Shown here: positions 12,543 through 22,270 of the stretch, piece after piece | Numbering within the stretch: position 1 is the stretch's first letter | How the letters are laid out: the number at the start of each line of letters is the position of its first letter | NCBI GenBank assembly: GCA_046153685.1 | Contig: JBJXGH010000081.1 | Coordinates: 224 to 64,223 of the forward strand | DNA length: 64,000 nt | Direction: 5' to 3' | From: Alphaproteobacteria bacterium | GTDB taxonomy: Bacteria > Pseudomonadota > Alphaproteobacteria > CADEGL01 | The notes under the pieces: model-generated | Told to the model about the DNA's origin: nothing | What the model saw: only the letters and a program-made list of their open reading frames with translations | Database searches by the model: none | Position numbers and translations under genes: made by a program

Positions 12543-14060
12543 TCAGTTCTCAAGCATTCGACGCAGGAGATCGACGTCTTCGCCGAATCCGGAGTCGAGC
12601 GAGCGCAGCTCCTCGATCTTGCGCACGGCGTGCATGACCGTCGTGTGGTCCCGGCCGCCGAACTTGCGCCCGATTTCCGGCAGCGAGCGGGTGGTGAGCT
12701 GCTTCGACAGATACATCGCCACCTGACGCGGGCGGGCGACGGCGCGGCTGCGCCGCGCGGAATGCATGTCGGAAAGGCGAATATTGAAGTGCTCCGCCAC
12801 GCGTTTCTGGATTTCCTCGATCGTTACCCGACGGTCGGAGGCGCGCAACAGATCGTGCAGGACTTCTTGCGCCATCTCGATGGTGATATCGCGACCCACC
12901 AGCGTCGAATGGGCGACGATGCGATTGAGCGCGCCCTCAAGCTCGCGCACGTTCGAGGTGATGCGGTGCGCGAGGAATTCCATGACCTTGCGCGGCACCA
13001 AAACGCCCAGCGGCTCGACCTTGGAGTCGAGAATACCCAGACGCAGCTCGTAGGTGGTCGGATGCAGATCCGCCACCAGACCCCAGCCGAGGCGTGAACG
13101 CAGACGCTCTTCGAGGCCTTCGAGATCGGAGGGCGATTTGTCGGCCGAAATGACCACCTGGCGGTTCTGATCGACCAGCGCGTTGAAGGTGTGGAAGAAC
13201 TCTTCCTGAGTCTGGTCCTTGCCGCTGATGAACTGCACGTCATCAACCATCAGGACATCAACGCTCCGGAACTGCTCCTTGAAGGCCATCGTGTCCTTGA
13301 AGCGCAGCGCGCGGACGAACTGGTACATGAATTTTTCTGCCGACAGATAAATCACCCGGCGCTGCGGATCGCGCTGCTTGATCGCCCAGGCGATGGAATG
13401 CATCAAATGGGTCTTCCCCAGGCCGACGCCGCCATAGAGATAGAGGGGATTGAAGGGCGCGCGGTCGGCTTCCGACACGCGGCGCGCCGCGGCATGGGCA
13501 AATTCGTTCGGCTTGCCGACGATGAAATTCTTGAAGGTAAAGCGCGGATCGAGCCGCGCGCTGATCGCATCGCGGTCGGCGGCGAGCGTCGCCTGCAACG
13601 CCTCCTCGGGCGTCGGCGCGGACTTGCCCGCTGGCGCCGCCAATCCGGATGTGAGTGGGCCGGATGCGGATGGGCGAATCGGCGCGGCAGCGGAGCGGCC
13701 GGACGTGATCGGCGGCGCCGATGACGGGGCATCGGATGCCGCCGGGCGGGCGGAAATCTGCGGTTCGGCCTCTGGGCGCGTGCCGTCGACGGCGATGTCG
13801 ATTTTCTTGATTTCGCCGTTCAGCTGATTCCAGATCGCCGCGATCCGGTCGGCGTAGTTCGCCGCCACCCAGTCGCGCACGAAGCGCGTGGGAACCGAAA
13901 CCCGGATCGTCGCGCCCACCCGGTCGCGGAGCGTGAGGGGCCGGAGCCAACTGCGATAGGTTGCCTCGCCGTATTCGGCCTTGAGCCGGCCGCGCACCCG
14001 CGCCCACTCGGTTTTGAGATCGTTTTCGGGATCCGGCTCGGCCATCTCGCGATCCCGCAC
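12543..14060 (-). CDS. dnaA: chromosomal replication initiator DnaA
   Basis: AAA+ Walker A (GGVGLGKTHLMHSIA), DnaA box-binding C-terminal domain (HTTVMHA..KIEEL). The maximal ORF starts at the GTG at 14060, directly abutting the rhodanese stop; the likely true ATG is at 14045 (MAEPDPEN). Confidence 0.95.
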   Translation of the reverse strand: MRDREMAEPDPENDLKTEWARVRGRLKAEYGEATYRSWLRPLTLRDRVGATIRVSVPTRFVRDWVAANYADRIAAIWNQLNGEIKKIDIAVDGTRPEAEPQISARPAASDAPSSAPPITSGRSAAAPIRPSASGPLTSGLAAPAGKSAPTPEEALQATLAADRDAISARLDPRFTFKNFIVGKPNEFAHAAARRVSEADRAPFNPLYLYGGVGLGKTHLMHSIAWAIKQRDPQRRVIYLSAEKFMYQFVRALRFKDTMAFKEQFRSVDVLMVDDVQFISGKDQTQEEFFHTFNALVDQNRQVVISADKSPSDLEGLEERLRSRLGWGLVADLHPTTYELRLGILDSKVEPLGVLVPRKVMEFLAHRITSNVRELEGALNRIVAHSTLVGRDITIEMAQEVLHDLLRASDRRVTIEEIQKRVAEHFNIRLSDMHSARRSRAVARPRQVAMYLSKQLTTRSLPEIGRKFGGRDHTTVMHAVRKIEELRSLDSGFGEDVDLLRRMLEN

Positions 14061-14483
14061 CTAGTCCTGCTTCCAAGGAAGGCCCGCGGCCTTCCAGCCC
14101 TCGACGCCGCCACGGTGCCGCGCTTGATCGTGAGGGCCCTCAAAACCGCCCGCCACGTTGTAGCAGTGTTCGTACCCCGAAGCCGTCATGGCGATCGCCG
14201 CCGCCTTGGACCGAACGCCCGACCGGCAGAGAAACAGAACGCGCCGTTCGGGCCCGACGCCCGCCGCTTTCACCTGGTCGGCGAAAGAGGGGTTGGGGCG
14301 CATGCCTGGAAATGTCTGCCACGAAACAAACACAGGCTTCGAATCCAGCGAAGACAGATCGGGCACGCCGACGAAAGCCCACTCGGCGTCCGAGCGGCAA
14401 TCAACGAGCACCCCGTTCTTTTCGCGCGCAAGAAGCTCCCAGCTTTCCCGCACGCTTAAATCGCCGGCATAGGCTTCGCGCAC
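14061..14483 (-). CDS. single-domain rhodanese-like sulfurtransferase
   Basis: 140 aa with an active-site loop FLCRSGVRSKAAA (CRxGxR). Immediately upstream of dnaA. Confidence 0.75.
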   Translation of the reverse strand: MREAYAGDLSVRESWELLAREKNGVLVDCRSDAEWAFVGVPDLSSLDSKPVFVSWQTFPGMRPNPSFADQVKAAGVGPERRVLFLCRSGVRSKAAAIAMTASGYEHCYNVAGGFEGPHDQARHRGGVEGWKAAGLPWKQD

Positions 14484-14869
14484 TCAGAGTGCCCCCAAAT
14501 AAGAAGACAGGGACAGACACCGCCACCCCAACCCGCCGCGAACCCCGTGCGGACCTCTCCGCACACCCAGGCGCCGTCCCGCTCCACCGCAGCGCCCTCG
14601 ATTCTGTCGAGAAGGCTACAAAAATCTTCCCAATAATGTGTGGAGAGCGAAGCGATTTTTTTTTATTAGCTTCGCGCGAACGACGACCGAACCCCCGCTG
14701 CGGCTTTATTGAAATCGACTCTAGCCACCGCGCGCGCACGTGACAACAGGTTCGTATGATGAACATGCAAAATTCGGATCGAATTTTTTCGGCGTTGCGA
14801 AGTTCGCACACAGGCGCGCGTTTTCGCGCGCGCGGGAGCATGCGCGGCAAAGAAACGAGACGAGATAAC
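14484..14869. promoter_or_regulatory. rpsT-to-rhodanese/dnaA intergenic control region (candidate dnaA promoter region)
   Basis: 386-bp non-coding gap. It contains a T9 tract inside the inverted repeat GCGAAGC...GCTTCGC (14646-14677), the palindrome TGCGAAGTTCGCA, the GC hairpin GCGCGCGttttCGCGCGC (14812-14833), and one DnaA-box-like 9-mer TGTGGAGAG (7/9 to TGTGGATAA). Confidence 0.3.
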
Positions 14870-15136
14870 CTATTTGGAGAGTTTCTTGATGCGCTTGGAG
14901 AGACGCGAGAGCTTGCGCGATGCCGTCGCCTTCGCCAGAACGCCCTTCTGGGCGCCGCGCTGCACTTCGGGTTGCGCGGCCACGAGCGCCGCGCGCGCCT
15001 TCTTGCTGTCGCCGGAGGCGATCGCCGATTCCACCTCGCGCAGGAAACTGCGTACTCGCCCCTTGCGGGCATCGTTAACGCGCGTCCGGCGCACGGTGCT
15101 GCGCGCGCGCTTGCGGGCGGATTTGTGTTGCGCCAT
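14870..15136 (-). CDS. rpsT: 30S ribosomal protein S20
   Basis: 88 aa, very basic, starting MAQHKSARKRARS... Upstream of dnaA as is usual in alphaproteobacteria. Confidence 0.9.
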   Translation of the reverse strand: MAQHKSARKRARSTVRRTRVNDARKGRVRSFLREVESAIASGDSKKARAALVAAQPEVQRGAQKGVLAKATASRKLSRLSKRIKKLSK

Positions 15137-15237
15137 TTGGGCTGTTCTCGCTCTTGGTGATGGCAGCGGATGACCGTCCGCCAGCCTTCGCGCTTATATC
15201 GTTCGACGCTTCAACGGGTCAAGGCCGCAAAAAGGCG

Positions 15238-16020
15238 TCAGCGGTGACGGAAAGTAGCCTTTCGCTTCTCGATGAACGCCGTCATGCCTTCCTTTTGGTC
15301 CTCGAGCGCGAAAGTCGAGTGGAAAAGCCGCCGTTCGAAGCGAATTCCTTCCGCAAGCGTGGTCTCGAACGCGCGGTTCACCGCTTCCTTGATCATGAGG
15401 ACGACCGGACGCGACATCGACGCGATGCGCTCGGCCGTCTTGACGGCCTCCTCGAACAATTCCGCCGCGGGAACCACCCTCGAAACCAGGCCGCAGCGCT
15501 CGGCCTCGGCCGCGTCCATCATGCGAGCCGTCAAACACATGTCCATGGCCTTTGATTTGCCGATGAATCGGGCAAGGCGCTGGGTACCGCCGGCACCTGG
15601 CATGGTGCCGATGCCGATTTCGGGCTGACCGAATTTCGCGGTATCGGCGGCGAGGATGAAGTCGCACATGAGCGCGACCTCGCACCCCCCGCCCAGCGCA
15701 AAACCCGACACGGCAGCGATGATCGGCTTGCGGCAAGTCGTGATCCGCTCCCAGCCGCGCGTGATGAAATCGGCCAGATAGACATCCATATAGGACTTGG
15801 GCTGCATCTCCTTGATATCGGCGCCCGCGGCAAAGGCCTTTTCACTCCCCGTCAGCACGACCGCGCCGATGGCGTCGTCCGCCTCGAAGAGGTCGAGCGC
15901 CTGCCCCAGTTCGGCGATCAACGCCGCACACAGCGCGTTGAGCGCCTTGGGCCGGTTCAAGCGCACAATTCCGACCGCGCCGCGCGTCTCGACTAGGATG
16001 TTCTCGTAATCCATGGACAA
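15238..16020 (-). CDS. enoyl-CoA hydratase/isomerase (crotonase) family protein
   Basis: 260 aa with the crotonase fold and catalytic residues in the [13 protein letters not shown]...FGQPEIGIG context. Confidence 0.85.
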   Translation of the reverse strand: MSMDYENILVETRGAVGIVRLNRPKALNALCAALIAELGQALDLFEADDAIGAVVLTGSEKAFAAGADIKEMQPKSYMDVYLADFITRGWERITTCRKPIIAAVSGFALGGGCEVALMCDFILAADTAKFGQPEIGIGTMPGAGGTQRLARFIGKSKAMDMCLTARMMDAAEAERCGLVSRVVPAAELFEEAVKTAERIASMSRPVVLMIKEAVNRAFETTLAEGIRFERRLFHSTFALEDQKEGMTAFIEKRKATFRHR

Positions 16021-16040
16021 AGCTCCGTTTAAATAAGAGT

Positions 16041-16394
16041 TCAGCGGGGCGTCAGCAAAAAGCGGACCGTCACATCGCCACTTCCAGAGACGAAATCAAG
16101 CTGAAGTTTCTCGCGGTCGCGCCGATATGTAGTGGCATCGATCTCGATCCACCCGAGCCGTGGAAGGGTAGCGGCATAAAACGCCGACACTGCCGCGCGC
16201 GCGACCGGACCGGATGCGAATGTTTCGACGATTCGGCCCGATGGATCGTCGAACGCGACACTGGCGCCCGCGATTTCGACCATACCCGGCATGACCGGCA
16301 CATCGGCGATGTGCGACAGAAATTCGTCACCAACGGCAATCCGCCCGCCGATACAAAGAATGAACATCACGGCCGCGAGGCAGGGTAAGGCCAT
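16041..16394 (-). CDS. hypothetical small membrane-anchored protein
   Basis: The ORF is trimmed to an internal ATG ([17 protein letters not shown], an N-terminal TM helix) to avoid overlapping the mutM 3' end. No family recognised. Confidence 0.3.
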   Translation of the reverse strand: MALPCLAAVMFILCIGGRIAVGDEFLSHIADVPVMPGMVEIAGASVAFDDPSGRIVETFASGPVARAAVSAFYAATLPRLGWIEIDATTYRRDREKLQLDFVSGSGDVTVRFLLTPR

Positions 16395-16432
16395 TTTCCA
16401 GCCAATCCAGAATCTTGATCCGCCTCTTAAGC

Positions 16433-17266
16433 TCATGCCTGACATCGCGGGCAATGGAACGTCGAACGATTGGCTTGAACGATGCGCCGGATCCGGCCGG
16501 TGCATCCCGCATGGGCGCATTTCTCGCCTTCACGGCCATATACCTTCCAGGCGTGCTGAAAATAGCCGAGCTCGCCCGAGGCCTGCACATAATCACGCAA
16601 TGACGAACCGCCGGCAGCGATCGCCTCGGTCAGGACCGAGCGGATCGCCACCGCCAAGCGTTCGGCTCGCGCCGCCACGACCGTGCGCGCGAGCCGGCGC
16701 GGAGAGATTCCGGCGCGGAACAGGGCTTCGCATGCGTAGATATTGCCGACCCCCACGACGCGCTTCTGATCCAAGAGCGCGGCCTTGATCGGGGTGCGCG
16801 CACCCGCAAGAAGACGCGCAAGGGCCGTGCCATCGAAGGCCGAGTCCAGGGGCTCGATGCCCAGATGGCGAAACAGCGCATGGCGATCTATTTCCGTGCC
16901 CGGCACCAATGTCATGAGGCCGAATCGCCGGTGATCCTCGAACACCACCCCTTGGCGGTTGTCGAATTCAAATTCGACGTGCTCATGCCTGCCGGGCGCC
17001 GCATTGCGCCGGGCCGGACCGACGATGAGACGGCCGGACATACCGAGGTGAATGACCAAAATTTGGCCGTCATCGAGGTGCAGCAGCAGATATTTGGCCC
17101 GGCGCGCAACCTCGTCCACGCGCCGCCCTACCAAGCGCTGGGCGAAGCGGGGCGGAAAGGGCACGCGAAGATCGGGCCGACGCACTTCGACGCGGAGGAT
17201 CCGGGCGCCGCGGATATGGGATTCCAGGCCGCGCCGTACAGTCTCGACTTCGGGCAGTTCGGGCAT
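16433..17266 (-). CDS. mutM: formamidopyrimidine-DNA glycosylase
   Basis: The N-terminal MPELPEVE catalytic Pro2/Glu3 and a C-terminal zinc finger CxxC...CPRCQ. Confidence 0.9.
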   Translation of the reverse strand: MPELPEVETVRRGLESHIRGARILRVEVRRPDLRVPFPPRFAQRLVGRRVDEVARRAKYLLLHLDDGQILVIHLGMSGRLIVGPARRNAAPGRHEHVEFEFDNRQGVVFEDHRRFGLMTLVPGTEIDRHALFRHLGIEPLDSAFDGTALARLLAGARTPIKAALLDQKRVVGVGNIYACEALFRAGISPRRLARTVVAARAERLAVAIRSVLTEAIAAGGSSLRDYVQASGELGYFQHAWKVYGREGEKCAHAGCTGRIRRIVQANRSTFHCPRCQA

Positions 17267-17312
17267 GGCTCAACCTAGCGCGCGTCCCGGCGGTCGGCTA
17301 TGGTCGCACGCC

Positions 17313-18104
17313 ATGCTTGAAACTCGCGCCCACGACACGGCGAACGTTGAAGCGACCGTCGATTTCGGCTTCCAACGCGTGCCAGCCGCGGCAAAAAGCG
17401 CGCTGGTTCGCCAGGTTTTCGACAGCGTGGCGCCCCGCTACGACACGATGAACGATCTCATGTCTTGGGGTGTCCACCGGCTTTGGAAACAAGCGATGGT
17501 GGATACCTTGGCGCCGCGCGCGGGCATGCGGATCCTCGATCTTGCGGGCGGCACGGGCGATATCGCGCTTCGCATTCTCGACCACATGCGCCGCGGGTGT
17601 CCCGGCGCGGCCGCGGATATCGTGGTTTGCGATCTCACGCCGGAGATGGTTGAGACCGGGCGCGACCGGGCGGTCGATCGCGGCCAAATCGGCGGCGTGC
17701 GCTGGATATGCGGCGACGCGCAGGCTCTGCCTTTGCCGAGCCGGTCCTTCGACGCCTGCACGGTCGCTTTCGGGCTGCGCAATGTCACCGATATCGACCT
17801 CGCCCTTGCCGAGGCCTATCGGGTCTTGCGTCCGGGCGGGCGGATGCTCTGCCTCGAATTCAGCCGGGTGGTCTGGCCGCTTTTGGGACCGCTGTACGAC
17901 AGGTATTCCTTCGCGGTTCTTCCCACCCTTGGCCGACTGATCGCGGGCGACGCGGAGTCCTATCGCTATCTCGCCGAAAGCATTCGCCGCTTTCCGCCCC
18001 AGGACGAATTGGCCGCCCGCATGACCGGGGCCGGATTCGCCCGCGTCGCTTGGCGCAATCTGTCGGGCGGTATCGCCGCGTTGCACGGCGGCTGGCGCAT
18101 CTAG
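17313..18104 (+). CDS. ubiE: ubiquinone/menaquinone biosynthesis C-methyltransferase UbiE
   Basis: SAM-binding motif ILDLAGGTGD and the UbiE/MenG family C-terminus. Start chosen at MLETRAHD. Divergent from mutM with a 46-bp spacer. Confidence 0.9.
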   Translation: MLETRAHDTANVEATVDFGFQRVPAAAKSALVRQVFDSVAPRYDTMNDLMSWGVHRLWKQAMVDTLAPRAGMRILDLAGGTGDIALRILDHMRRGCPGAAADIVVCDLTPEMVETGRDRAVDRGQIGGVRWICGDAQALPLPSRSFDACTVAFGLRNVTDIDLALAEAYRVLRPGGRMLCLEFSRVVWPLLGPLYDRYSFAVLPTLGRLIAGDAESYRYLAESIRRFPPQDELAARMTGAGFARVAWRNLSGGIAALHGGWRI

Positions 18105-18136
18105 GCTCGCCGGATACAACCCCCGGACATAGCCCC

Positions 18137-19693
18137 ATGATTCGCGCCGCCCGCCATGTGCTTCGCCTGGTGCGCATTGCCCGTCGCCTCGCCCAGCATG
18201 ACGCGCTCTTTCTTTTCGAGCGCTTTGGCATAGCCCCAACATTGACCGCCGCGGTGCGCGCCTGCTCGGGTCCGGCCAAGACCAGCCCCATCCGCGCGCT
18301 CCGTCCCGGGCAAAGGCTGGCGCAAGCGATCCATGGCCTGGGCCCGAGTTTCATCAAGTTCGGCCAATTGCTCTCGACGCGCTCGGACCTGCTGGGCGAC
18401 GAGGTCGCCGCCGATCTTTCGGAATTGCAGGACCATTTGCCGCCCTTTCCCGGCGCGCAAGCGCGCGCGGCAATCGAACGCGAGTTCGGTAAACCCGTCG
18501 AGGCGCTGTACAGCGCCTTTGAAGATATTCCCATCGCCGCCGCGTCGATCGCGCAAGTTCACATGGCCGTCACGGCCGATGGCCGGAACGTGGCGGTCAA
18601 GATCCTTCGCCCCGGCATCGAGGACGCCTTCCAGCGGGATCTCGACCTGTTCTATTGGCTGGCTTCTCTTGTCGCGCGCGGCGCGCCCGCGCTGCGGCGC
18701 CTGAGACCCGTCGAGGTCGTGCGCACCATGGCCGACACGGTAGCGATGGAGATGGACCTGCGCCTGGAAGCAGCCGCGGCGTCCGAGCTTCATGCCAATT
18801 TCGTGGATGATGGCAGTTTCCGCGTGCCCGCCGTCGATTGGGCGCGGACCGGTCGGCGCGTGCTTACGCTCGAGCGCGTCGAGGGCATTCCGATCGACGA
18901 GCGCGCGGCCCTGCTCGACGCGGGGCACGATTTGCGCGAGGTCCTGATCAAGGCGGGCTCGGCGCTGTTCAACCAAGCCTTCCGAGACGGCTTCTTCCAT
19001 GCCGATCTGCATCCCGGAAACCTGTTCGTGGACGCGGCCGGCAATGTCGTCGCGGTCGATTTCGGCATCATGGGCCGGCTGGACGCCAAGACGCGGCACT
19101 ATCTGGCCGACATGCTGATGGGTTTCCTTTCGGGCGATTACCGGGCGGCGGCCGAGGCGCATTTCAAGGCGGGATACGTTCCGGCCGACAAATCGGTCGA
19201 GGCCTTCACCCAGGCCTGCCGCTCGATCGCCGAGCCGATCCTGGGCCGGCCGCTCGCCGAGATTTCCGTCGCGCGCCTGCTTGGCCAATTGTTCCAGGTG
19301 GCCGAAACCTTCGAGATGGAAACCCAACCGCAACTTCTGCTGCTACAAAAATCGATGCTCGTCGCCGAGGGCGTCGGGCGGAAGCTCGATCCGACCGTCA
19401 ATATGTGGGAGCTGATCCGCCCCCTCATCGAAGCCTGGATGATCGAGCATCGCGGACCCCAGGCGCGCCTTCGCCAGGCGGGGCGCGATACGTTGACCGC
19501 GCTCGAACGCTTTCCAGCCCTTCTCGTCGGTGCCGAGCGCGCGCTCGCCATGCTCACCGAGGGGGGGTTCAAGCTGCACCCCGATACCGTTCGCGCGTTC
19601 ACCGAGGCCGGCGGGAGCAACAACCGGGCCTATCTCTATGCCTTGTGGCTCGTGGTCGCGCTCATCGCCATCATCGCGCTCGCCCAACTCTAG
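18137..19693 (+). CDS. ubiB: ubiquinone biosynthesis protein kinase UbiB (ABC1 family)
   Basis: ABC1/ADCK kinase motifs (AAASIAQVHMAV, HADLHPGNLFVD, VAVDFGIMG). The long upstream ORF extension overlapping ubiE is rejected. Confidence 0.9.
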   Translation: MIRAARHVLRLVRIARRLAQHDALFLFERFGIAPTLTAAVRACSGPAKTSPIRALRPGQRLAQAIHGLGPSFIKFGQLLSTRSDLLGDEVAADLSELQDHLPPFPGAQARAAIEREFGKPVEALYSAFEDIPIAAASIAQVHMAVTADGRNVAVKILRPGIEDAFQRDLDLFYWLASLVARGAPALRRLRPVEVVRTMADTVAMEMDLRLEAAAASELHANFVDDGSFRVPAVDWARTGRRVLTLERVEGIPIDERAALLDAGHDLREVLIKAGSALFNQAFRDGFFHADLHPGNLFVDAAGNVVAVDFGIMGRLDAKTRHYLADMLMGFLSGDYRAAAEAHFKAGYVPADKSVEAFTQACRSIAEPILGRPLAEISVARLLGQLFQVAETFEMETQPQLLLLQKSMLVAEGVGRKLDPTVNMWELIRPLIEAWMIEHRGPQARLRQAGRDTLTALERFPALLVGAERALAMLTEGGFKLHPDTVRAFTEAGGSNNRAYLYALWLVVALIAIIALAQL

Positions 19694-19776
19694 GTCCGCC
19701 GCTTGTCAACTCCGGCCACGGTCATTACCGTGGATTCACAGCCACTCAATATTGCGATGGCGGGGCGGAGCTCCGG

Positions 19777-20997
19777 ATGCTGCACGGCAAACGCATACTT
19801 CTGGTGGTAGCGGGCGGGATCGCGGCCTACAAATGCCTCGATCTGATCCGCAGGCTGCGCGAGCGCGGCGCCGAGTTGCGTGCGGTTCTGACCGCGGCCG
19901 GCGCGCAATTCATCACGCCGCTATCGCTCGCGGCCCTGACGGAAAACAAAGTCTATCAGGACTTGTTCTCGCTCACCGATGAGAGCGAGATGGGCCATAT
20001 CCGTCTGTCGCGCGAATCGGACTTGATCGTCGTTGCGCCGGCGACGGCGGACCTCTTGGCCAAAATGGCGCATGGCCGCGCCGACGATCTGGCATCGACC
20101 GTGCTGCTTGCCGCCGACAAGCCGATTTTGTTCGCTCCAGCGATGAATCATCGCATGTGGTCGAACGCGGCGACGGCCGCCAATGTCCATGCGCTTGAGG
20201 CGCGCGGCGCCATTCGCGTCGGCCCGAACGAGGGGCCGATGGCATGCGGGGAATTCGGCCCCGGCCGGATGGCGGAGCCGGCCGAAATCCTGGACGCGAT
20301 CGAACGCTGGTTCGCCGTGCGCGCGCCGCTCGCGGGACGGCGCGCAGTGGTTACGAGCGGACCCACGATCGAGCCCATAGATCCGGTGCGCTTTCTATCC
20401 AACCGCTCCTCGGGCCGGCAGGGCCACGCGATTGCGGCCGCGCTTGCGCGCCTGGGCGCGGCCACCACATTGGTCACCGGCCCGACCCACGAGCCCGACC
20501 CGCCGGGGGTGAGCGTCGTACACATCGAGACGGCGGCGGAGATGCTGGCCGCCTGCCGCGCGGCCATGCCCGCCGACATCGCCGTGTGCGCGGCGGCTGT
20601 ATCCGATTGGCGCGTCGCGCAAGCGGCCGCGAACAAGACGAAGAAGAACGGCGGCAAGCCGCCCGTGCTCGCGCTCGTCGAGAATCCCGACATTCTCGCC
20701 AGTCTGGCCTCGCTCGGAGGCGGCCGGCCGCGCCTCGTCGTCGGGTTCGCCGCCGAGACCGAAAATGTGATCGATAACGCTCGCGCCAAGCTCGCAAGCA
20801 AACGCTGTGATTGGGTTGTGGCGAACGATGTCTCGCCCCGCACCGGAACCTTTGGCGGCGAGCGCAACACCGTCCACATCGTCGAGGATGGGGGCGTGGA
20901 GAGCTGGCCGACGCTGACCAAGACCGAGGTAGCCGCGCGCCTTGCGGGGCGCATTGGCGATATGTTTGCGGCCGATCCGTCCGCGAGCAAGACGTGA
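19777..20997 (+). CDS. coaBC: bifunctional phosphopantothenoylcysteine decarboxylase/phosphopantothenate-cysteine ligase
   Basis: N-terminal flavoprotein domain ([15 protein letters not shown]...PAMNHRMW) plus the C-terminal CoaB ligase domain. Start at MLHGKRIL. Confidence 0.9.
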   Translation: MLHGKRILLVVAGGIAAYKCLDLIRRLRERGAELRAVLTAAGAQFITPLSLAALTENKVYQDLFSLTDESEMGHIRLSRESDLIVVAPATADLLAKMAHGRADDLASTVLLAADKPILFAPAMNHRMWSNAATAANVHALEARGAIRVGPNEGPMACGEFGPGRMAEPAEILDAIERWFAVRAPLAGRRAVVTSGPTIEPIDPVRFLSNRSSGRQGHAIAAALARLGAATTLVTGPTHEPDPPGVSVVHIETAAEMLAACRAAMPADIAVCAAAVSDWRVAQAAANKTKKNGGKPPVLALVENPDILASLASLGGGRPRLVVGFAAETENVIDNARAKLASKRCDWVVANDVSPRTGTFGGERNTVHIVEDGGVESWPTLTKTEVAARLAGRIGDMFAADPSASKT

Positions 20998-21461
20998 CGG
21001 AACTCCGCGTCCGGATGCGTCGCTTGGCGCACGGCCGCGACCTTCCCCTGCCCCGGTACGCGACGGCGCAAAGCGCGGGTGTGGATTTGCACGCGGCGGT
21101 CGCGGCGGCCATTGCGATTCCCCCCCGCGCGCGCCTCGCCATACCCACGGGATTGGCGATCGCCTTGCCGCCGGGATACGAGGCGCAAGTGCGGCCGCGT
21201 TCAGGCCTCGCGCTCAAGCACGGGCTCATTCTGCCGAATGCGCCCGGCACGATCGACGCCGATTATCGCGGCGAGATTCTCGTGATCCTTGCCAATCTCG
21301 GCGAAGCGGAGTTCGTCGTGACGCGCGGCCTGCGCATCGCGCAAATGATCGTGGCGCCGGTCCTGCGCGTCAGCTGGGAAGAGGACGAAAATCTGGGCGA
21401 CACCGGACGCGGGGCGGGTGGTTTCGGCTCGACCGGCACTGGCGCGCTGCCGGGCGAATAG
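20994..21461 (+). CDS. dut: dUTP diphosphatase
   Basis: Dut motifs ([40 protein letters not shown]). The GTG start at 20994 overlaps the coaBC stop (GTGA) and aligns with the E. coli Dut N-terminus. Confidence 0.85.
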   Translation: MTELRVRMRRLAHGRDLPLPRYATAQSAGVDLHAAVAAAIAIPPRARLAIPTGLAIALPPGYEAQVRPRSGLALKHGLILPNAPGTIDADYRGEILVILANLGEAEFVVTRGLRIAQMIVAPVLRVSWEEDENLGDTGRGAGGFGSTGTGALPGE

Positions 21462-21474
21462 GCCGGAGCCGGCC

Positions 21475-22266
21475 ATGGCGCGCCATCCAATCACCGACGA
21501 GCAGCTCTTGCGCTATGCGCGCAATGTCGCGCTTGATGAGATCGGCGAGGAGGGCCAGGCACGGCTTTTGACGGCGCGCGTCCTAGTGGTCGGCGCGGGC
21601 GGACTGGGCTCGCCCGTCCTGCTTTACCTCGCCGCCGCAGGCGTCGGAACCTTGACCGTCATCGACGACGACCGGGTCGACCTGACCAATCTCCAGCGCC
21701 AGATCGCACACACGACCGAGCGCGTGGGCCAGGCCAAGGCCGAAAGCGCCGCCGCCGCCATTGCCGCGATCAATCCCGAGATTCGCGTCATTCCCCGCAA
21801 TCTGCGCCTGACGGCGGAAAACGTGCTTGATCTGGTGCGCGGCAACGACGCCGTCGCCGACGGCTCCGATAATTTCGCCACGCGGTTTTTGTTGAACGAT
21901 GCCTGCCATCTGTTGCGCGTGCCGCTGGTCTCGGCAGCCCTGCTTCGCTTCGAGGGCCAGATCTCGACCTTCAAGCCCTGGCTTGGGGGGCCCTGCTATC
22001 GCTGCCTGTGGCCGGAACCGCCGCCCGAAGACCTTATTCCACGCTGCGAACAGGCGGGCATCCTGGGCGCGGTCGCGGGCGTGATGGGCACGCTTCAGGC
22101 GGTCGAGATTCTCAAGGAATTGCTCGGACTTGCGGACTCGCTGTCGGGCACGCTTGTGATGTACGACGCGCTCGCCACCCGTACCCAGCGCATCGCCGTG
22201 CCGAAGAATCCAGATTGCGCGCTGTGCGGCGCGCACCCGCGCATCCTGTCGCCCCAAGCGCGCTAG
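21475..22266 (+). CDS. moeB: molybdopterin-synthase adenylyltransferase MoeB/ThiF family
   Basis: Rossmann GxGxxG (VVGAGGLGSP) and two CxxC pairs (CYRC, CALC) for the Zn site. Confidence 0.8.
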   Translation: MARHPITDEQLLRYARNVALDEIGEEGQARLLTARVLVVGAGGLGSPVLLYLAAAGVGTLTVIDDDRVDLTNLQRQIAHTTERVGQAKAESAAAAIAAINPEIRVIPRNLRLTAENVLDLVRGNDAVADGSDNFATRFLLNDACHLLRVPLVSAALLRFEGQISTFKPWLGGPCYRCLWPEPPPEDLIPRCEQAGILGAVAGVMGTLQAVEILKELLGLADSLSGTLVMYDALATRTQRIAVPKNPDCALCGAHPRILSPQAR

Positions 22267-22270
22267 GCGC

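Noticed and set aside
14484-14869. The chromosomal origin oriC next to dnaA.
   Set aside because: There is only one weak DnaA-box-like 9-mer and no cluster of boxes. In alphaproteobacteria, oriC is usually near hemE rather than dnaA. Gene orientation across the window does not switch here. It is kept only as a promoter/regulatory region.
16041-16520. The full 159-aa ORF downstream of mutM.
   Set aside because: Its first 42 codons overlap the mutM 3' end. It is trimmed to the internal ATG preceding the TM helix. Even so, the gene is low-confidence.
17708-19693. Long N-terminal extensions of the ubiB (from 17708) and coaBC (from 18838) ORFs.
   Set aside because: The extensions overlap the upstream genes extensively in another frame. 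The conserved family N-termini ([22 protein letters not shown]) begin at internal ATGs with sensible spacing.
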